This document shows positions 52,344 through 64,000 of a stretch of 64,000 nucleotides of DNA, piece by piece. The position numbers and the translations under genes were made by a program. The notes beneath the pieces are model-generated. The model was not told where the DNA came from. It did no database searches and was given only the letters and a program-made list of their open reading frames with translations. Source of the stretch: Podarcis muralis (lineage: Eukaryota); NCBI RefSeq assembly GCF_964188315.1, contig NC_135672.1, forward strand, positions 13,640,001 to 13,704,000. The letters run 5' to 3'. The first letter of the stretch is position 1. Every line of letters begins with the position of its first letter.

Positions 52344-53154
52344 TGTTCTTTTGTCTTCACAAGCTGTGTCTTTTCAGTTAATGCTTCCCCATCGCACCAG
52401 GAAACATGCCTCCCCCCAATTAAGATAGAAACATAATCAAAAACGCAGAATGGAATCAGGGCTGTCGTTTTGGGATGTTGGAAGAAGGATGAGGGGAAAG
52501 GGGGCGCTTGCCTACGAAACGGTTAAGCGTCTCGCCTGGAATTGGCCTACGTGTCTCTGAGCTTCCCTGTATTTTCTTTTCTTTCTGTTTTGAAATAAAT
52601 TCTTCTTGGTTTTACAAATGCAAAATATATACAAACGCAAACTGCAAAAACAAATCGGTATAAAAGGGATTCTCCCCATCTCCTCTTCCTCGCCATGGGG
52701 TCCCATTTTAAGCATCTAAAACTGCATATTCATCCAGACGCCAATTCTTATACCAGGCCATATTATCCACAATAATTTTGGCACTACAAGGGAGTCAAAA
52801 TCCTGCTCTTGTTTCCATCTGCTTTCAGTGGCCTCCTAAAAGCCTTATAAATTATTTTATAAAGTTTTTATCCTCTTTGTCTCATGAGGTTTCCAGTCAG
52901 TTTTGCCATCTTGGCATAGTCTCTGGTAGGGACTTTTATCTTCTTTCCAGTTCTGGGTTAATAACATCTGGGCGGCTGTTGTTCTGTACACGAAAAGTCT
53001 CTTCTGCTCCTTTGGGATGTCGGTACCTGTAATTCCGAATAAAAAAAACACCTTCTGGTTTCTTAACAAAAGTTACATTAAACAGAGCTTCCCTGTATTT
53101 TCAAGCCATAAAAGCCCCTTTTGTGGAATGCCCGAAAGATTCCTATTGGGACCC

Positions 53155-53700
53155 GAAAGAGAGAAGGGGAGGGAGGAAGAAAGGAGTATAAAAAGAGAGA
53201 AAGAGGGAAGGGAAAGGAAAGGAAAGGAGGAAGGAAGGAAAAAAGATAAGAGAAGGAAATAGAAAGAAGGAAAGGGGAGGAAGGGAAAAAGAGAAAGAAA
53301 GAGTGAGAGAAAGAAGGAAAGGGGAGGGAGGGAGGAAGATAAAAAGAGAAAAAAAGAAAAAGAAGGAAAGGGGAGGTCGGGAGGAAGAGAAAGAAGGAAA
53401 GGGCAGGACGATAGGAAGATAAAAAAAATAGAGTGAGGGAAAGGAGGGATGAAGGAAGGAAAGAAGACAGAAGGAAAGGAGGGAGGAAGATAAAAAGAGA
53501 TAAATAGAGAAGGAAAGGGGAGGGAGGGAGGAAGGAAGAGAGAGAGAAGGAAAGGGCAGGGAGGAAGAGAAGGAAAAGAGGAAGGGAGATAAAAAGAGAA
53601 ATAGAATGAGAAAGGAAAGGGGAGGAAGGAGGGAAGATAAAAAGAAAAGAGGACGAAACAAAGAGATAAAGGGAGAGAAAGAGAAGGAAAGGCAAGCAAT
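53155..53700 (+). repeat. ~545 bp polypurine (GA-rich) low-complexity tract
   Basis: Almost exclusively A/G on the plus strand, with degenerate GGAAGATAAAAAGAGA / GAAGGAAAGGG units. Confidence 0.9.
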
Positions 53701-53704
53701 TTGG

Positions 53705-53939
53705 CCCTGAGCGGCGGCGTGGGCTCTGGGCAGGGACCTGCCTTTCCCTCTGGCGCCGCCGGGGGCGCCCTCCTCCCGGCCTCCCGATCTCGCGACAGTT
53801 GCCTCAAGATGGCTACAAGGTAGCAGCTGGGCCGCCTTGGATGCTGCGAGAGGAGGAGGAGGAGGAGGAGGAGGAAGCGGCGGCGGCAGCTGGAAATCCG
53901 GCCCCTAGGAAAGGACCAGCGGGATCCCCGGCCCCCGAG
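53705..53939 (+). promoter_or_regulatory. ZNF414 CpG-island promoter and 5' UTR
   Basis: TCTCGCGA at 53788-53795, YY1-type CAAGATGGCT at 53805-53814, CpG-rich. Confidence 0.6.
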
Positions 53940-54496
53940 ATGGTAAGGCTCTTTGTGTCCCCCTTGGCAAGGTCGGGGGGGGGGGGAAGGTCCCCTTTGA
54001 ACCCCCTCCTCTCCTGGAGGGGCTGCAGCGATTGCATAATAACAATGCCCAGAGCCAGACACGCGAGTGGGGCCCGTTCACACGTGCACAGGGGGAGAGT
54101 GGAGCCGGTCAGGGAAAGGGGGGCGTCGCTGCACAGAATATACAAAACCGGCTTGCAATGTTAGGCCCATGCTGTCTGCACTGGCCGGCAGCCGTGCCCG
54201 GGATCCGAACCCAGGGCCTTCTGCATGCCAAGCACCCGCTCAGAATAAACCCAGGTTTCCAGGGGTGGGAAGAAAGGGCTGGTTTGAATTCGGAGATGCC
54301 CCCCGAGCGGCTTCACTGCGCAAGGCAGGTGCTCTAACCACTGAGGATCACAGCCCTTGCCTGAATTTCAACAGCTGATCTATACAACTTTTTACTGGGG
54401 TGTTTCAGCTATAAATATGGTGTGCATGTGGGATTATTGTTTTGTTGTTTTGGTTTAACTATTTACTTTTGTTTGAAGGTTGGTCTATAAATGTTC

Positions 54497-54549
<53 letters not shown>

Positions 54550-57500
54550 TTATTATTTATACCCCACTCATCTGGCTGGGTTCCCCCAGCCGCTCTGGGC
54601 GGCTTCCAGCAAAATATTAAAATATAATAATCAAAGGTTAAAAGCTTCCCAACTTGTTTTGTTGTTTTCGTTTATTTACTTTTGTTTGAAGGTCGGTGTA
54701 TAAATTTTCGTAATAATAATAAGAATAGCAATAGTAACATAAGGTAATATTTTGACTGAACACAACTGCCAGCAATATTTGAGCGCAGAGCATGTTCTGT
54801 AGACAAAAGCCCACCAAATCTTGGCTCGTCTTCCTCCAGCAAAGGGGCTTTTGGGATGCCCTACCTTGCAAAGCTGTTGTGGACTTTAAATATATATATA
54901 TATATATATATATTCAAATGTAAAAAAAAAAGGCCTGCATGTTGGTTAGCGGACATCAGTGCTGATGATTGAAGGCTGCCAGGGGAAAATTAAAATGAAA
55001 GCAGCTTTTTGAGACAAATTTTGGCTTCTCATTTGCCGCCAAAGAGTTCCTGTTTCTGCAGTTTTGCAAAACAACCCGCTTTTGAGAGGTAGATTCTGAT
55101 TTTGGTTGCATGTTCCCCTCAATCCTCTAAAGGCCCATCATCATTTTGTTGGCACTGTCTCTTCCCCCAGATAAGAGCCCAAGATCAAGAGCAAAACCCC
55201 CGCCTGTCTGAATAGGGAATCGGGTCAGCCAGAAAAACCCGCTGCCTGCTTGATGTCCAAAAATCAAACCCGGCCCAACTTCTTCAAATATCCCTTTAGC
55301 CCAGAAAGGCTCTTTAGATGGTTTATCAATCTGCTATTTTATAATGGCTTTGCTCTTCATGATTTGATCTCACCACCGCTTCCCCGCAAGAGTTGCAAAA
55401 AGTGGATTAAAAAACCCCAACGGCCAATTTTTAAAAACCCAAATAAAGGAATATATTGTGACTGTAATGAATTCACTGTAAGGGGGGGGGGATTCACTCT
55501 CAATCAATTGAAGAATGCAAAGAAGCAATCTTCCCTCTCCTATTTGGGATAATAATAATAACCAGCTGCCCCCCTTCACCCCCTCCGGCCAGGAGAAGAT
55601 GCCGCCACCTGATGCCCCACTCGCACCCCAAGACCTCCTGTCGTCCCCCCCCAGCCGCGTCAGGAGCAAAGTGGAGAAGGAAGAGGGGCCCCCGCCACTG
55701 GTGACCTCTCCTGTGGCCTCTTTGGGGGGTGAGTAGGGGCGGAAAATCAGGCCTATTCCCCCCCCAAAAAAAACACAAAGCCAGCTTTCTAGTCCTCATG
55801 AAGGCGCAAGGAAGTGGCCTTGGTCCATGTTGCTCTGTACTGCATGCTCGGACCGGCAGCAATTCATATGGGGAAGGGGGGGATGTGGAGCTGGGGGGGG
55901 GGGCCTTCGCAAGCCCAGCAGGGACCCTGCCGCGATCCCCAGCCCGGAGGGAGCCACCAGTGACGTCTCTTCTTCCCAGGCCCAGCCAATTCGGGGGTTT
56001 CGGCGACCCACAGCCACCCCACGCCGAGCGGCGGGGGGCGGAAGCAGGACCTGCGGCTGCCCAAGAGGAGACCCCCAGGTGAGCTGGAGGCCGGGGCGGC
56101 CCTTTTTAGCAGGGGGCTGAGGAACGGGGCGCACGGGGCCTAGTTTGGGGGTGGCCCCCTCTCCTTTCTCCCCAAAGGTGGGGCCGAGAACCTTGCCCCT
56201 CCTCCCCGGCTCTGCTGCACGACATCCACATTTTCCCAGGCTGAGAGCTTTGCCTACGTTTTCCTCCGGCCCCCCACCACTGCCAAGAGGCCCTTGGAAG
56301 ATTATCCAGGGAGGGGAACACGGCCCTCACGCCGAACAGGATTCCCAGTTTCCTATGGATCCTTTCGGTCGATGTGTCTTTTGCCCTAGAGAGGACGTGT
56401 GTCGGTTGTTCCCATTTCACAGAAGGGGAAAATAGAGGCACGGGGCTGCGAGCTGCTCCAGGCGGGGCTGCCAAGGCCTCTTGAATCATAGAATAATGGA
56501 ACTGTATTGTTGGAAGGGGCCCCCCAGGGGTCATCCAGCCCAGCCCCCTTCAGCTAATTCTCTCGCCTCGCCCTAGGGAGACGCTACCAGTGCTCTGGGG
56601 ACGGCTGCCGCTTGGCCTGCCGCAGCATGAAGGAGCTGCTGGATCACATTCGGGTTCATTATCGGCCCACACAGTCGGTGGAGGGTAAGCCCGGTTTTGG
56701 GGGGGGGGGAAGAGGGTTGGCGAGATCTCGAATCTGACTCCGAGCTGCCTTTGCTCCCTCGCACTTTCCATCGGAGTAACTATTTTTGGGGTGTGTGTAA
56801 AGTTTTTCCATTTTTTAAATGTAAATACAACAGAGAAAAATTTGTAAGGTGAAAAGCAAGGCTATTGAAATGGGCTTGTAGAAGGAATGAGCCCAGCTGC
56901 CTCTCCTGTTTCCCAGGGAAGATTTTCCGCTGTTCCTCCCCGGGCTGCGTGGAATCGTTCCCCAACATGCAAGTTCTCATGGAACACATCAAGGTGCACT
57001 ACAAGCCCAACCGCTACTTCAAGTAAGGCCATATTCTTATTCTGATGATGATGATGATCTAGAGGGGGCCAAGTAAATCTACTCCCAAAGCTCAGGGGGT
57101 TTTTCCGGTATTTTATGCATTGTGATTTGCTATTTCTATCCATCACAGAAGAGTCATTCTTTATTATAATACATGTATACTGTCTAATTAATTACTTGCT
57201 GGCGTTTGATTTTGGCGTTTACTATGGGATTCTAATGCATTATTGCACATAGCTTTATTTGGTATAAGCTGTTTATTTTAAAGTCGTTGTGGCTTTTTAT
57301 ATAGGATCCGATTGTTGTTGTTAATGTTTGAAGTTTTATTATTAATTTTGTGTGTGTTGGAAGCCGCCCAGAGTGGCTGTGGCAATTTAGCCACATGGGC
57401 GATGAAGTAGTAGTAATAATAATAATGATGATGATGATAAAAACAAAAAAATTCCTTCCAGTAGCACCTTAAAGACCAACTAAGTTAGTTCTTGGTATGA

Positions 57501-59873
57501 GCTTTCGTGTGCATGCACACTTCTTCAGATACCAATCTGAAGAAGTATCTGAAGTATCTGAAGAAGTGTGCATGCACACGAAAGCTCATACCAAGAACTA
57601 ACTTAGTTGGTCTTTAAGGTGCTACTGGAAGGAATTTTTTTGTTTTGACTATGGCAGACCAACACGGCTACCTATCTGTAACTGGATGATGATGATGATG
57701 ATGTCAGGAGCTGCCCGAAGGCGTGGGCGATGGAGGCCCCCCCCCCCCGTTTCTCAATCCTGTTTGGAGCAGCTGGGATTGAGCCGCCAACCTCCAGACT
57801 CAAAAGATGGGTGTAGCGTGTGGGAACGGGCCCTCCAGAGGTCCTCCATCCCAACCCCCTGCAACCTGTCCCCCCCCCTCCAGGTGTGAGAACTGCATGA
57901 CGCGTTTCCGGACATACCGGTCCCTCTTCAAGCACCTCCACAGTTGCTCCTCCGCCGGAACCGCCGCCGGTGCTGCCGCTGCCACCGCCGACACCCCACC
58001 CCTGGCGCCGGAGAAGCCCCTCCCGGAAAAGGAGCCCCCCGGGAAGCTGCTGGAGGTCCTCCCCAAACTGGAGACGGTCATACAGCAGCTCAGGAAGGAA
58101 GCCATCCTCCCCGGCGAGATGGAGGTCTCGCCGCCGGCCCCCGACCCGCTCCCTGCCGGCCCCCTGGGGCCCCTGCCCGCCCTGCCCCCGGGGCCCCACG
58201 CCTTCCCTCTGCTGGAGCCCTCCCTCTTTGGACCCCCGCCGCCCCTGGCCAGGTTTCCAGGGCCGGCTCCCCACACGCTCCCGGGACCCTTCCTGCCTTA
58301 CGTCCATCCGGGGAGCTACGCCTTGCCTCCCGCCGCCGTCCAGAGCCGCCTCCGTCCCTTCCTGCCAGGACAGGGACTCCCCATCTCCAACGCCGTCTGG
58401 AAGAAAAGCCAGGGTGAGCGGAAGACCTTCCCCCCCCCTCGCCCCAGGAGGGTCTCTCTGCCCCCCCCCACATCGTTACCTGTCTGCCAGTCCAACGATT
58501 GCGCCCAATTTACTCAGATTTGAGATGGCCCTAATCCAGGTTTCTAGTCCTCCTGACTGCAACAGGGGGCGGGAATACTCAAGAGGTTTGGGAACTGCCC
58601 TTAAATGTTTCACTCTGACGGCAGGGCGCTCTCTGGAAGGCTCCGCTTGATTCAGAAGCTGCAGCCAGGCAAGATGCTGCAGAGAAAGTGCTTTAAGCAT
58701 TAACAGGCCAACACGTGGCTCATAATGTTCTAACAAAATATATGTCATCTGTATTATTTCACAATTCTTAAACCATGGGTAGGGAAACTAAGGCCGGATC
58801 CAACCCAATCACCTTCTCAATTACATAAGAAGAATGTGTCCTTTTATTGCAAATGCATCTCTGGGTTATTTGTGGGGCACAGGAATTCATTTTTTTCCTG
58901 GCCCCCCACACGGTCTGAGGGACAGTGGGCCAGGCCCCTGCTGAAAAAGTTTGCTGACCCCTGATTTAAATCAATTTGATTTAAATCAAATCCACCCTGG
59001 AGAGAAACCTCCCCAGATATTTAGGAAGCTGGCGCAGGTCTCCATCTCCTCTTAAGCGTATTTGTCCGCTTGCTCCGGGGCTGACCCTTCTCTTTTTTGG
59101 CGCCCCGCAGGGCACTCCTCCAACAGCCGCATCGTGTGGGAGCACACGCGAGGGCGCTACAACTGCCTGCAGTGCTCCTACTCGACGGCGTCGCGGGAGG
59201 AGGTCACCCAGCACGTCGAGGACCACCGCAAGAACCCCTCCCCGCCCGGGCGCCTGGACGGAGAAATGGGTGAGTGGGGGGCTGGCGGGGGACCTCCCCT
59301 TCGTCCCCGGCGGCTGGGTTGGCTGGCAGGCGCGGGGGACCCCCGCTCAGGACTACAGCTCCCGTTGCCCCAGGAGTTGTAGTTTGGCAGCACCCGGTTT
59401 CCCCAAATCCTACTCAGAGCAGAGCCCAGGGGTCTACTTGAGTTTGGCCAATGCTGGGATGTAACGTTGGACACCGAGAAGGTTGGGCTACAACTCCTAC
59501 CAGGTGGAGGTGAGGAGAACTGTAGTTTGGCAGCGGCCGGAGGGGCAAAGGTTCCCCAACGGCTTCTCACTGACCTGGCTAGGCGCACTGGGAGTTGTAG
59601 TCCAACCATCTCTAGCTGGGGAGCGCCCAGTTTAGCCGAGGCGGTTTGACTCCACCTGTTGGGGTTTTTTTTGCAGTTTTTATCAGTTCTGCGTTTCTGC
59701 AACAGACAAGTTTTGCTTTGTGATGGATTTTGAATGTCCCTTAAAAACAACTACTGATGCCTCCCCCCCCCCCCGTTTTCCTCTTTCCTCCACCAGACTT
59801 TGGGGTGGGGCTCCCCTCGTTCCACCCCAGACTGACGCCGGAAGTGGAGAACACCCTCTTCTCCCCGCTGTGA
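53940..59873 (+). CDS. ZNF414: Zinc finger protein 414 (405 aa, 8 exons)
   Basis: Exons 53940-53942 (ATG only), 55593-55728, 55980-56078, 56577-56684, 56917-57022, 57884-58413, 59111-59269, 59797-59873; phases consistent (1218 nt). HYKPNRYFKCENCMTRFRTYRSLFKHLH and AVWKKSQGHSSNSRIVWEHTRGRYNCLQC are characteristic of ZNF414. Exons 1-3 and 8 are less certain. Confidence 0.9.
54501..54549. repeat. (TAA)n microsatellite
   Basis: Direct reading. Confidence 0.95.
57440..57682. mobile_element. Penelope-like element terminal (pLTR) remnant in head-to-head inverted arrangement
   Basis: Perfect 93-bp arms at 57440-57532 and 57554-57646 with a 21-nt spacer; the sequence resembles squamate Penelope-like termini as I recall them. 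Confidence 0.7.
57554..57591 (+). ncRNA. Minimal type I hammerhead ribozyme-like motif (mirror copy on minus at 57494-57533)
   Basis: GUAU-CUGAAGA-A-GUGUG(CAUG)CACAC-GAA-AGCU-C-AUAC: core nucleotides, stem II hairpin, palindromic AGCU helix III, stem I GUAU/AUAC. Confidence 0.55.
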
Positions 59874-61815
59874 GGCTTCCACGGTGCTGACCCCCCCTCG
59901 TTTTGTCACCATCTTCATCCCCCCTTTTAAGGTGCAGTAAGGATGGGGGGGGTCCTGGCTCCTCCCCACCCCCCCAAAAAGGGGGAAGAGGGTGCAGACA
60001 CCCCCAGGAGGTCTTTCCTCTCCAACCCCCCACAGAATGCGTGCGCATAAATGGATGGTGTTTGATGGGAAGGGGGTTGAAATTTAATTATTGTTGATAT
60101 TAATTTAATCTAGAACTTTTTCCGGTGCATTCTTCTTCCCTCTTTTTTCTCCCCCCCCCAAAAAAATGGTTTATCTTGCTTTAAAGGCAAAATGCTCATC
60201 TCCCCCCCCCCCCCCGTTCTCTTGGTGAGGACACCTCCAGCCCCTCCTTCCCTAAAGCCGATGATCAGGTTTGCTCAGGTTTGTTATAGTGGGCTATTTG
60301 CTGCTTTTGCAAAAAAACACAAAAATCCAGAAATAAAATGGGAATTGTACAGAAAACGTGAGCGAGCCTTCTTGTCTTGAGGTGTGTCTTTTGAGTCCTA
60401 TTTTCAAGGGGGGGGGGGCAGTGACAAAGGCAAACAAATACACCTACCTCTTGCCGGTGGGGGTGTCAAGGAACATTCTTTGTTTTTAAAACCCCCCGTT
60501 TTGTTAGATTTAAGCAACCCTCCCCACCCCTCTACTCACACACAGAGAGAGAAACTGCTCAGGATTCAAGGCAACTTCCGCCAGCAAAAACACAAGCAGG
60601 ATTTTGGGGTGGTGTGGAACTGCGGAGTGAGGTCTGCAGTGGGCAGCGCCCTACTCTCTGCTCCTGCAGGCATGAAGGCGGGAGCCCACAAGTGCCCCCC
60701 ACAGCCTTGGCCAACTCCCAGAGTTCAGGGAGGCGCCTCCGTCCCGCTGCCAAGAACGACTCGGACTCCCTTCTCCTCTCTCAAAAAAGTGCACGGTTTT
60801 AATATGAACAACGATGCATCTCGTCTTCTTTTTGGTCTCTGTTCAAAGCGTTATTACAAAAACAACAACAAAACACAAACCCAACAGTTCTTGTAAACCA
60901 CTTGGAAAGTCGTCAGACAGGACGGAGGAAGGGGATGCGAAATGGAAAGGGGGGGGCGTCTCTCTGCCCCCAGACTCCCCTCCGAGGGGTCCGGTCGGAG
61001 TCTGTCGGGAGAAAGGGTGGGCAAGGCACCATGGACTGGGGAAGAGGAGGAGAAGTGCTAAGGCCGTTTTCCGAGGACGGGACTCATCCGTAGGCAGAGG
61101 GGCAGCAGAACTTTCCTTGTGGGGCAGCTCTGGAGCCAGGCTTGCCAGAGACCTGCTGGTGACCCAGAGAATCAGGAGGGTGGAGGAGATGTCCAGTCAG
61201 ACCCCGGGTCCTGGGGTCCAGGGCTGCAGAGAAGCGGCTGGAGCTTGGCAGTTCACAGCAGTGGCCCTTCCTGGAGCAGCAACAGCAGCAGCAGCGGAGG
61301 AGGCGGCAGCTCCCGCCCGGAGGCAGAAGGGGCGGGGGGCAGTCTTGCCCCGGCGGGGAAGACCAGGGTGCTTGGCGATCCGGCCGCATCTTTGGCAGGT
61401 GGGGGGAGGCACCGGGCGCAAGGGGCTCACCGCTTCCTTCAAAGAGAGAACGGGGGGACAAGGGGCTGTGAGCAGCCGGCGCCATCCAAGAAATATCTCA
61501 GAAACGACGGGCAGGGTGGCACAGCACCGCCCAGTGGGTGGCTGGAGGGGGTCTCGGTGGCAGGACCTGAGAACGCCCCCTGCCTAAAATCCCAGCCAGT
61601 GTGGACACCACTGGTGCACCAGAAGGCATGAGGACCAGAATTGTGTTCCTGTTTGAAGGGGAGGCGGTCAGGGAACGTCCCAGCTCCAAACCCGGGGCAG
61701 CGCCATGTTGGTGATGGGAAGGGCTCCTCCTGCCTTCGGACGTCTGCTGCCAGCGCTGGGCCAAGGGGGTGGGCTCAGTCGGAGGCAGGTTCCCCGGAAA
61801 GCAGAAGCAGGCACC

Positions 61816-64000
61816 TTAATACTGGCTGTCGGGGTCCGGGCGCCCCCCTCGCTCCTCCAGCAGGCTCTCGGTGCTGGCCGACGTCTCCGAGTCCAGGTTC
61901 TCCTCATCGGAGCCCCTCTGGTCCAGCTCTGGCAATCGGTAGGTGATGTCTTCCCTGTGGAAAAAAGTTCCCCTCTCTCATGCTAGATCTTGTGGGATGC
62001 CCAGATTGCTGCCCCTGAAATGCCAGGGCAACTTGCAGGGAAACTGCTCCTCTGGACTCCCAGCCAACCCCCCCTCCTCTCCCCCCTTGGGTGTCCCCCC
62101 CACTCACTTCTCCTCCTTGATCGACTGGATCCTCTCGATCAACAGCTCTTTCTCCCGGTTGTCCGTCTCCTCTCCCTCCGGGATAGCGCCCAGTTTCGGC
62201 GCAGTGCCATCGTCTGACCCAGCCTCTGGGGAGCCTTTGCTCTGGAAGGAATTGGGGGGGGGGGGAGAGATATCAAGGTCTGGTGTCTGTTCTGGGCCAG
62301 GAAGGAGGCAAAGGGGCCTTCAAAGCCCGTCCAACCGAAAAGCCTCCTCCAGGGTTGCAATGAGACACGAAGCAGCACCCTTTGGGTGGGCAATTTGACG
62401 CTTGCCGGCTTTTCCCAGGTGGCAAAACCAACCGGTGCAGTGCGGAAAGGGTGCTGAGGAGGGAGGAGGATTCGGGGGCAGCGCAGGTAGACAGGCCACT
62501 CTTGGGTCTACCTCACAGGGCTGTGGTGAGGCTGAACTGGGAGGAGAACCCCAAAGGTTTCAGTAGCCTCACAGCCTGCTCCAAGCTTCCCATGTATCCA
62601 GGAATGTTTGTTTTTACACACCGTGAGATGGGGGGACGGGACGCCCGACACACCATTAAAGGCCGCTTCTGCCCATGTGCAAAGAACCTTCTTCCCTTGC
62701 CACCAAGCAGACACAAGCCAGCCAGCGTATGCTACTTTAATTATAATAAAAGGCACATATATATGACTATATATATGAATAGAGCGTCAGGTGTTAGTGT
62801 GAAATCCTTTTTTTAAAAGAAGGAAAGAGTGGGGGTGACTTCCAAGGCAGCCCTGAGAAAACTTGCAGCAGTTTCTATTTTCTGAAAGAGAAGCATAGCT
62901 TTACAACCTCCCCACAAACCACAATTGGGACACGACTGTTGTAACTCGGGATACGTGCAGCCACGCAGCATGCGGCGGAGTTTGGAAGGGTACAGGTTAA
63001 AAAACAAAACGGCTCTGAAAAGTCGCCTTTTCTGGCTTTGGGGGTCATGCTGTGTGGCCGTCCAAGAGAAAGCGGGGGACACACACCAATTGTCATGCAC
63101 TGAGAGAGTGTCTACCTACCGGCACTCCCTTGCGGGGAGAGGAAAACCCAAGTTTTACAGGCCATAGCTAGAAAAAGGGAGAAAGAGACGATGGCCACAC
63201 TCAAACACGTCAGAGGCGCACACTTTCTTTCCGGACTCTCCTTGAATCAATTGCAAAATTCTCGGCGTGGTCTTGGTGGCCTGCCTGCTGCAGCAATTGC
63301 AACGTGCTGTGCTAGACGCAGGACGATTTCCAAATCTATTTCCGTGGCTCCTTTCGTTTCTTTCCCCGCAGAATTCAAATTGCAACAGGCGCACACAAAG
63401 ATGTGATATTGGGAATGAAAGAAACATTCTTACTTTGTTTACTCCCAATGTTGTTGTTGCAATCTGAATCCCAGAGAACTGAAACAGGAGCGCAACAAAT
63501 TACAAAAAGGAGCAATAGAAACCCAATGAAAAACTAGTCATGGCGCAGGTGTACTGCAGAGCAGGGACCCCTGGGGTGGGGAACACCTGCCCTGATCCAA
63601 CCAATCCATGTTGTATTCCAATCAGTTACACTCCGAGTAAACCCACTGACATGAATGGAGCTAAGTTTGTCACGTCCATTTATTTTAATGGGTCTCTTCT
63701 AGGGATGTCACACTAGGAAGTGCGTTATCTTAATAAGCTTTTGGCAGGGTTTTCTATTTGTAAATTTGGGCCTGACTCTGCTGAGGGCTCTTTGGATGTT
63801 CTGAACTCCTGGAGGGGGCCAGTGGACGTGCCCGCTCAGACCAGCAGCTCCTTTTTGGGACTGGCAGCGGCTCACACTTCACAGGCCACTTCCCCACCCC
63901 GCCAGGCAATCCACAACTTACCGAGTTCTGCCTCAGCAAGGAGAGCCGTCGGAAGGCGATGCTCTCGGCAGCCTCCAGCTGGCAGATCTCATCCATCTTC
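61816..64000 (-). CDS. MYO9B: Unconventional myosin-IXb, last four coding exons (5'-partial)
   Basis: Exons >64000-63922, 63120-63167, 62108-62241, 61816-61954; phases consistent. [37 protein letters not shown].../...[50 protein letters not shown]...QY*. Confidence 0.93.

Noticed and set aside
45300-53700. Complete autonomous DIRS element
   Set aside because: No RT/RNase H, methyltransferase or tyrosine-recombinase ORF and no terminal inverted repeats found around the Gag-like ORF.
53073-54062. F/S/L/P-rich ORFs of 170-329 aa
   Set aside because: Translation of the polypyrimidine strand of a low-complexity tract.
60600-61800. Additional coding exons between ZNF414 and MYO9B
   Set aside because: ORFs here show no recognisable similarity to the MYO9B long tail or other proteins; most likely converging 3' UTRs.

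Overview
Vertebrate genomic DNA, GC-rich and gene-dense. The Sauria SINE, BovB, L2, CR1 and Penelope repeat content points to a squamate reptile, probably a lacertid lizard. Spliced genes were rebuilt by hand from splice sites and protein recognition: NDUFA11 (-, 4 exons), VMAC (+, 2), CAPS (+, 4 coding), RANBP3 (-, 17), ZNF414 (+, 8) and the last 4 coding exons of MYO9B (-). The standout is an intact ~2.3 kb ORF (ATG 46409) head-to-head with RANBP3. Its C-terminal ~175 aa resemble ORF1/Gag of DIRS1-type tyrosine-recombinase retrotransposons, with no pol or recombinase nearby. Its N-terminal ~510 aa are a WG/GW- and RGG-rich repeat region, and its promoter carries a perfect palindromic RFX X-box. 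I interpret it as a candidate domesticated Gag gene. Also notable: a perfect 93-bp Penelope-derived inverted repeat carrying two minimal hammerhead-like cores in ZNF414 intron 5; tandem short-motif arrays beside several CpG-island promoters, two of which share one 18-bp core; and two LINE fragments flanked by unusually long direct duplications. Homology calls are from memory of the families, not from database searches.
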